In this document: in pieces, positions 56,715 through 64,000 of the stretch
Layout: every line of letters starts with the position of its first letter
Position numbering within the stretch: position 1 is the first letter of the stretch
Source: the human T2T-CHM13v2.0 reference genome, Homo sapiens
Reading direction: 5' to 3' (one strand)
NCBI RefSeq assembly: GCF_009914755.1
Contig: NC_060934.1
DNA length: 64,000 nt
Made by a program: the position numbers and the translations under genes
Notes under the pieces: generated by a model
The model's input: the letters and a program-made list of their open reading frames with translations, nothing else
What the model was told of the DNA's origin: nothing
Database searches by the model: none

Positions 56715-58504
56715 ACTTTCTGGCTTTCCTTCTGAAAATGGGTGGTAATTATGGATTAAGTTGAGAAAATAGTTAAATAAGCATTGGGTAAACTAGGTAA
56801 ATTAAGAAGGCCAAAGAAGCGTGTTCTCATTTTAAGGGATGCATGTGCCTCCTGTGGGATGGCCATCAGCAGCATTCTGCCTTCCTTTCCCTAGTTCTAG
56901 GTGCTCATGAGAGCCTGGCATTGTAGGTGGCCAAAAAAGAATCAGGTTTGAATGACAAAGTTTGCACACCTCTGAAAGAACAGCAAACTGCCATTATTCA
57001 TTCCACAGAACAAATGACCCTGCTTAAGCTGTTTTTTTTTTAGTACAAACCAGTTTGATTCTTTTTCTACCTCTTCATAGAAAAACCTGAATTCTCTTTC
57101 CTTTCTGAGATGGGTTTGTTTATTAACCCAAACAAGATCACATAGGACATTTTTCATTGCTCCACCTGGAAAAGTTCCAACACTGAGTCATGCATGCTTA
57201 CTTTAGAAACTATATCTAGCCTGGATTAAGAAGCAGTAAAGTGCCATACAGGTTTTAAAAAGAAGCACTTTTAGCCACAAAGAACAGAATAAAGAGAATT
57301 CAGGTTTTTCCTATGAAGAGGCAGAAAAAGACAATGTTGGGACAGACTCTAAAATTCCTTCATATTCTTTCTTATTAGTACTCCTTAACTCAGATACAGA
57401 AATTCCTTTAGTCCTCTAAGTAAGATCAAACACCATACTGACTTGGTCAAAGGAGCACTGAAGTCTAAAGACAGAATGCAGGTAGAAAGAAGTAAAAGAT
57501 TACTTATACTGTTCTCATTATCTAAAATCTAAGCCACTTGTGAAGAAGACTAGACAATGAACTAATTGCTAGCCACAAACTAGCCCTGGAAAATCAGGCA
57601 CAAAAATGTTGGTTCTCACTTGCAGAGAAACTAGGTAGCTAAATTCAAGGTGGCAGTATCATGACAGCTGATTTGTCCTATTCATTCTTCCTTAGCTATT
57701 TGTCTAGCCTCAACCCCAAATCCAGACTGCATTATTCTCACCTCTTCATTGCCTAGGCACACAAGGACCATGAGTACAATACAGGAACACGTTAATCACT
57801 GTTCCCAGGTATAAAGAAGTACCAGGCTCGTGTATAAACAGCGATTTTGGCCTTTTCTTTCCCTTACACCCAAATTGCCTATCATTGTGCCTGGCAATAA
57901 ACATCCATTTATTGGTTTGTTTTGTACTTCCAACCTATACCCCAGAGATGTGTACACACAAGGCAAAGACACATGAGGCCTGTCCTCAGTTCTCATTCTC
58001 ACTGGGGTTCTGACTCACCCCTCCCCATTGGGACATCTTTCCTGGGCTCCTCTCACTCCTCTTGCTCCTAGCTCCCTGTGCACCACCTTGTCTTCCCCTT
58101 GCTCATTCATTCTCACTGTTGTGTTCTCTGAGCTAATGAGAGGGCTACAGGGTGGTTACATTAGGACAACCTTCCACAGGAAGCAGGTCAGACTTTTCAG
58201 GTAGATGGAAGGGACAGACCTGATTTAGGGGGAAAAAATATTCAAAATTACAATTTGTTTGGGGCAAATAAAAAAAACCACAACAGCCTGTTGTTTGCAG
58301 TTAAACAAGCACACAATTCCTTGGCGTCTGTTAAATATTTCACAGGCTGCTCTAGCTGCTCACTCTATCATAGCTTCTTGGAGGAAAAAAATATACTCGC
58401 TGTGACCTTCCCTACCTACACTAGAACTCTTATCTTCTGTCTATATCCAGGATATTCCATATGGCATGGCAGCTGCTGAGGTCACCAAGGATTCCCATAC
58501 CCCT

Positions 58505-58806
58505 TATTTTGTTTTGTTGTTATTTGAGACGAAGTCTCGCTCTGTCGCCCAGGCTGGTGTGCAGTGGTACGATCTCGGCTCACTGCAACCTCCGCCTCCT
58601 GGGTTCAAGTGAGTCTCCTGCCTCAGCCTCCTGAGTAGCTGGGATTACAGGCACCCACCACCACGCCTGGCTACTTTTTGTATTTTTAGTAGAGACAGGG
58701 TTTCGCCATGTTGGCCAGGCTGGTCTCAAACTCCTGACCTCAGGTGATCCATCCGCCTCACCCTCCCAAAGTACTGGGATTACAGGCGTGAGCCACCATA
58801 CCCGGC
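58505..58806 (-). mobile_element. AluSx-like
   Basis: Antisense Alu dimer. Confidence 0.93.
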
Positions 58807-59287
58807 CTCCTATACCACTTGTGCTCTTTTGATTGGAGCTTTCTAGGAAAGTTCCTCCCAGGCTTCCTCTAGCACCCACTCCTCAGGTTTTTTCCCCTTC
58901 ATTCTTCACCACTCCCTTTCCATGTCCATTAGCATTCTTCTTCCTCTTATGTGTGCCCAGAGTTTTCCAGAACCGCTTCTCTTCCTCCTTGTGTGCTGCC
59001 CTGGGACCTCATCCGGTGCCTGGCGTCTGCACCCTTGTCCCCACTCCTGTGTGCTGAGCTCTTCTGTGGGGGCCTGTGCTTTCCTGTCTCTGACACTTTG
59101 ACCAACAAGTTTTCTAAATATGAAACACCTCTTCCCAATCCCCATCCTTCTACCCGTGCAAAATTTCTGTGTGTCCAAATCCTATCTATTCTTTAAAATG
59201 CCTTTAAAGTTTGTTTTTGAGGTCTTTAATAATCTCCCTGTCTTTTTAATTTTCTTGTCACTTAATCTGTTATTCTCTCATGGCACC

Positions 59288-59709
59288 TGACATGGTTTGG
59301 ATGTCTGTGCCCTCCAAATCACATGTTGAAATTTGAGCCCCAGTGTTGGAGGTAGGGCCTTGTGGAAGGTATTTGGATCATAGGGGCAGATCCCTCATGA
59401 ATGGCTGGATGCCCTCCTTGTTGTAGTGAGTAAGTACTCACTCTGTTTGTCCACACAACAGCTAGTTGGTTAAAGAGACTGCCACCTCCTCCTCTCTCTC
59501 TTGCTCCCTCTCTTGCCATGTGACATTCCTGCTCCCCCTTCTCCTTCTGCCATGAATAGAAGCTTCCTGAGGCCTCACCAGAAGCCAAGCAGATGCTGGT
59601 GCTATGCTTGTACAACCTGTAGAACCATGAGCCAAATAAACCTCATATATATATATAAATTATCCAGTCTCAGGTATTTCTTTCTAGCAGCGCAAAACAG
59701 ACTAACACA
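59288..59709 (+). mobile_element. MSTB-like solo LTR
   Basis: tgacatggtttggatgtctgtgccctccaaatc...aacagactaacaca. Confidence 0.9.
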
Positions 59710-60012
59710 GAATCTCGAGTAGAAAGTCTAAGGTAAAAAATTCTAAATGCAAATTCCAGTTTCTGTAACTGTGTGAACGTGAGCAAATATCTTAAACTCC
59801 TTGAGACTGACTCCTTAATATAATTAGGACTAATAGTACTTTAAATTAGGGTATTAAATTAGGACATAATGGAAATTAGGAGTAAAAATAGTATTAATAA
59901 TGCTGTTGAATACTTTGAGAGAAGTAACAAAGATACAGCACCAAGTAAGTAACATTTCCTGAGTTCTTACCACATGCCAAGTTCTAGGCTAAATGCTTTT
60001 CACATATGTCAT

Positions 60013-60531
60013 TATATATACTTTGAAGGTCTATCCCCTCCAAATCTCTTGTTGAAATGTGATCCCCAGTGTTGGAGGTGGGGCCTAGTGGGAGGTGTTT
60101 GGGTCATGGAGGTGGATCCCCCATGAATGGCTTGTGCCATCCCCTCTGTAAAGAGTGAATGCTTGCTCTATTAGTTACCGTGAGATGTGATGTTAAAAAG
60201 AGCCTGGCTTAGTTAGGCTTTTAAGATTCATTCATACTGTTGTATATAATTGAAGTTTCCTCCTTTCCTCTCTCTTGCTTCCTCTCTTGCCACCTAACTC
60301 TCCTTTACCTTCTGTCATGAATGAAAGCATCCTGAGGTCTTACCAGAAGCAGATGGATGGGCAAGGACAGATACAATGCAGAGGAAAAAAAAAGTGTTCA
60401 AAATTACAATCTGTTTCAGCCACCATGCTTCTTGTACAGCCTGCAGAACTGTGAGCCAAAATAAACCTCTTTTCATTATAAATTACCCAGCCTCAGATAT
60501 TCCTTCATATGAATGCAAAACAGACTAGCAT
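60013..60531 (+). mobile_element. MST-family solo LTR with two internal foreign inserts
   Basis: cccctccaaatctc...ccatgcttcttgtacagcctgcagaac...aattacccagcctcag. Confidence 0.85.
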
Positions 60532-61014
60532 AGGTATTCAAACTTAACAATAACTCAACCATTATGGGGCTCTTATCTAAATTACCAGACAACATCTATA
60601 TTAGAAGTACAAGGATTTGAATATCAGCTCCAGCACTGATGTTGTGTGACCTTAATCAAGTTCCTTAACCTTACTGAAACTTATTTTCCACATCTATGAA
60701 ATGAAAATGACAATGGCTCCAATTTAATCATTGTGAGGGTTAAATTACATAATGCATGAAATGTGTCTAGCTTAATGCCTAGCACATAGAAAGATTCAAT
60801 CATGGTAAATACCTTCTGATGGTGAGAGTATTAATTTACATGGAATCCTGAGGGGGGACAGAGACACAGGTAAATGTGTGGAATTAAGCCAGTAGATACA
60901 TTCATGAATGAAGGTACAGATGTATACACCCTAAGACCTATGATAGACACCAGGACAACTCTGATCCTATGGCACTGACTAGTCTAGTTTGAAAGAAAAT
61001 ATAAAAAACTAACC

Positions 61015-61239
61015 ATGAGTTGGCAAACTACAACCCATGGGCCAAACCCAGCCTCTTGCCTATTTCTGTAAATAAGCTTTATTAGTATCACACAATCAGG
61101 CCTGTTGATTTAGGTATTATCTCTGGTGGCTTTTGTTCTACAAAGGCAGAGTTTAGTAGCTGTGACAGAGACCAATATGGACTAAACATTCAAAAATATT
61201 TACCACTGGCTCTCTATAGAAAAAGTCTGCTGACTCTTG
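61015..61239. mobile_element. MER58A-like DNA transposon
   Basis: gttggcaaactacaacccatgggccaaa...aaaaagtctgctgactcttg. Confidence 0.8.
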
Positions 61240-61739
61240 AAATTAATGACTAATAAAATGAGATGAGTATTAGGATGAAATAAAAAAGCATAAGTGAAAG
61301 GAGAATGGAAAGGGGTTAGCCAGGGACCATATCACACAGGACTTACTAATCATGGCAAACTACTGAAATTACTCTAAATGCAATATAAAGCCTTGCGTGG
61401 GTTTTAGTTTTGTATTTGTACTACTTTAAGGGTGTATTTATATTATTTGTGTGGCTTGGTTACTTTTGTTACAAAATACGGCAACCACACAGATGAGAAT
61501 ATAAAATATAAATATACATTTTAGCAAACTGTTATAAAATAAACACCATCCAGGTGAAGAAATAGAACATCATCAGCACCTCAGAAGACTCCCACATCCC
61601 CCACCCCAAACACAGGCCCCTCTTACCTCCTCAAGGTAATTGCTTTCTATATATTCTTTTCCTTCCTTAAAAATCTCAGTATCTAATTTTACAAGCATAG
61701 TTTATTGTCATCTGGTTTTGATGAATTCTGTTGTCTTCA

Positions 61740-61988
61740 CATAATATACAACTCAGCAATTATACTCCTAGGTTTACATCCTACAGAAATGTATGCATAT
61801 GTGTACCAGGAAACTTATATAAGAAAGTTTGTAACAACAGTTCAAACTTGAAACAACCCACATTCTCATCAACAGTAGAGTGGATAACTCAGTGTGGTAC
61901 AGGCAGACAATGGAATATTGTATAGAAATGAAAATGAATGAAGTTCAATTATATGCAACAGTATGAATAAATCTTAAAAGCCTAACTA
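61740..61988 (+). mobile_element. Old L1M ORF2-end fragment, followed by an L2 fragment (~61990-62430)
   Basis: actcagcaattatactcctagg...aaacttgaaacaaccca...atggaatattgtatag. Confidence 0.7.
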
Positions 61989-63306
61989 TAAGCTTTGGAT
62001 GGTTTTAAGCTAAGGAGTGGAATAACATGATCCAATGTATATGTTTAAAGGCTTGTGTGGATGCTGTGGAGAAAGCTGAGTCTACTGGGTAAGAGAAGAA
62101 CTGGAGATCTGTAAGGAGGCTCCTGCAGTATTCCATGTGAGAGATGTGGTGGCCTGGATGGGGGTGGTGAAAATGGAGATGGAGAAGAGAAGAGAGATTT
62201 GAGATGTATTCTGAAAGTAGGACTGATATGACTTGCTGATGGACTGGATAGAAGTGCTGTGGGAAGACAGATTGCATAAAACTCAGATTTTGCCTTGGGC
62301 GATGGAGCCATTTATTGAGATGGAGAAGGGTGAGAAAAGACACTATTTTCAAGGGGTATGTTTAGGTATCTTAAGGTGACTTAAGATATCAGAACCTAAA
62401 TGAAAATGTACATAGCTGGATAAGTGGATAGTGTGGGTGATAATCACTATATAATTCTAATTCCAAAGACAGGATACCAATGATGGAACAGACTTTGCTT
62501 TAGAATAAAGGCCCTTGTCCCAGTCCACAGATCTTCTTCTTTAGCTGGTAATTCTTTTAAATTCATCAACTATTCCTTGAGATGCAGATATGCTTTGGGA
62601 GAGTCATTATAAAGCTGTTTATCAACTTAAACATAGCCTAGGACTGTCTCAGTAAAAAGGAGCTGAATGAAAGGAAAAGGTAGCATTGTCAGCAATCTTC
62701 ATCTTGCTTCATCTCAGAAACCTGCTAAACTATCCCTTGAGTATGACTTCATGTTGATGCAACCGATCAAACATGTATTGAAGATCTCTGTGTACCAAGC
62801 AGTATACTAGGTTCTTGCGATAAAACAGAGAATAAGATTTAGTCTTTGCTTCTGGTATTTTAAAGTTACCATTTTGGCTTTATCCCTGAGAGATACAAGC
62901 AATTATGTAACATCGATTTGAAAGGCCAATTGTAAGCAGAGAAATCTTCAGGCAAAAGGCTAAATGATATAAGAGGTTCTTGTAAAACAACAAAATTTCA
63001 GGTGAAGAACAATTTCTGAAGCTGCTAAGAACAGTGACTTAATGAAACCAAACCCTTGAATCACCTGAGGGCAACCTGATCTCCATGGCCTCTTTCCAGA
63101 TCTATTAAGCTAATAACATAACAGTCCTATTTATTTAGAATGATTAGGAAATTAGGGTAGCAGGAGAGTCCTAGACATTTGGCAAGAAGAGGTCCTAACT
63201 GGTCTTTTCCTGGTGGTCTTCTTCAGATCTACCTTCACATTTCCCAAAGTAATTCACCCTACTTTTTTGAGTTTTGGATTGTGTCAAGTCAAAATCTGTT
63301 TATTCC

Positions 63307-63612
<306 letters not shown>

Positions 63613-63799
63613 AATCTGTTTATTCTTTCCTAACGAGAATACACTGATACGTTTACTAAAACTACTGGCTTTTAGTTAAAATCTATTTGAAATTATGTTT
63701 ATATTTATTTTACTTGAATTTTCATCTTGGTGTATATAGTTCTTTTGCCAAAAGAAACAGAGGAAGGTTCTCTAAATATTTATCATTATTGTAAAGGGG

Positions 63800-64000
63800 A
63801 GGAGAGGTAGAGAAAGATGGCTGAATAGAACACTCCAGTGATTTTCCCCTCACAGGAACCCCAAACTGAACAACTATCAATGCAAGAAAGCACTTCCATA
63901 ATAACAAAAAAATTAAGTAGCAATCACAATACCCGATTTTAATGTAATATCAAGGATAGAGGCATTGAAAAGCTCAGAAAGACAGTCTTGCATTATCTAC
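63800..64000 (+). mobile_element. L1M 5' end, running off the window
   Basis: aagatggctgaatagaac...ccctcacaggaaccccaaactgaacaactatc. Confidence 0.6.

Overview
AT-rich, repeat-dense primate (most likely human) genomic DNA, entirely within ANK3 (ankyrin-G), which is transcribed from the - strand. The window covers the linker between the ankyrin repeats and the first ZU5 (spectrin-binding) domain. Five core exons have canonical AG/GT boundaries and phases that join into one frame: 47754-47877, 43054-43156, 23013-23119, 17621-17845 and 14696-14850. Reading the introns shows a dense set of alternative modules that the ORF track mostly misses: a 54-nt cassette apparently exonised from an antisense L1 3' end (54767-54820); an internal first exon encoding MALPQ(S) (49142-49157); a 54-nt acceptor extension (47878-47931); a stop-containing alternative last exon (47433-47511); a 12-nt microexon (46126-46137); a 15-nt internal acceptor in the 43 kb exon; a 33-nt cassette (20525-20557); and a 99-nt cassette that duplicates the 3' part of the preceding ZU5 exon (16979-17077). 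The internal first exon, the 124-nt exon and the alternative last exon could form a nested ~2-kb unit encoding a 72-aa linker-only peptide (inference). The rest is about 20 Alus, L1/L2/MIR remnants, THE1/MST/MLT LTRs, MER DNA transposons and several local templated duplications or inversions. No RNA genes, CRISPR arrays or prokaryotic features were found. Repeat subfamilies and isoform identities are assigned by eye or from memory, and repeat boundaries are approximate.
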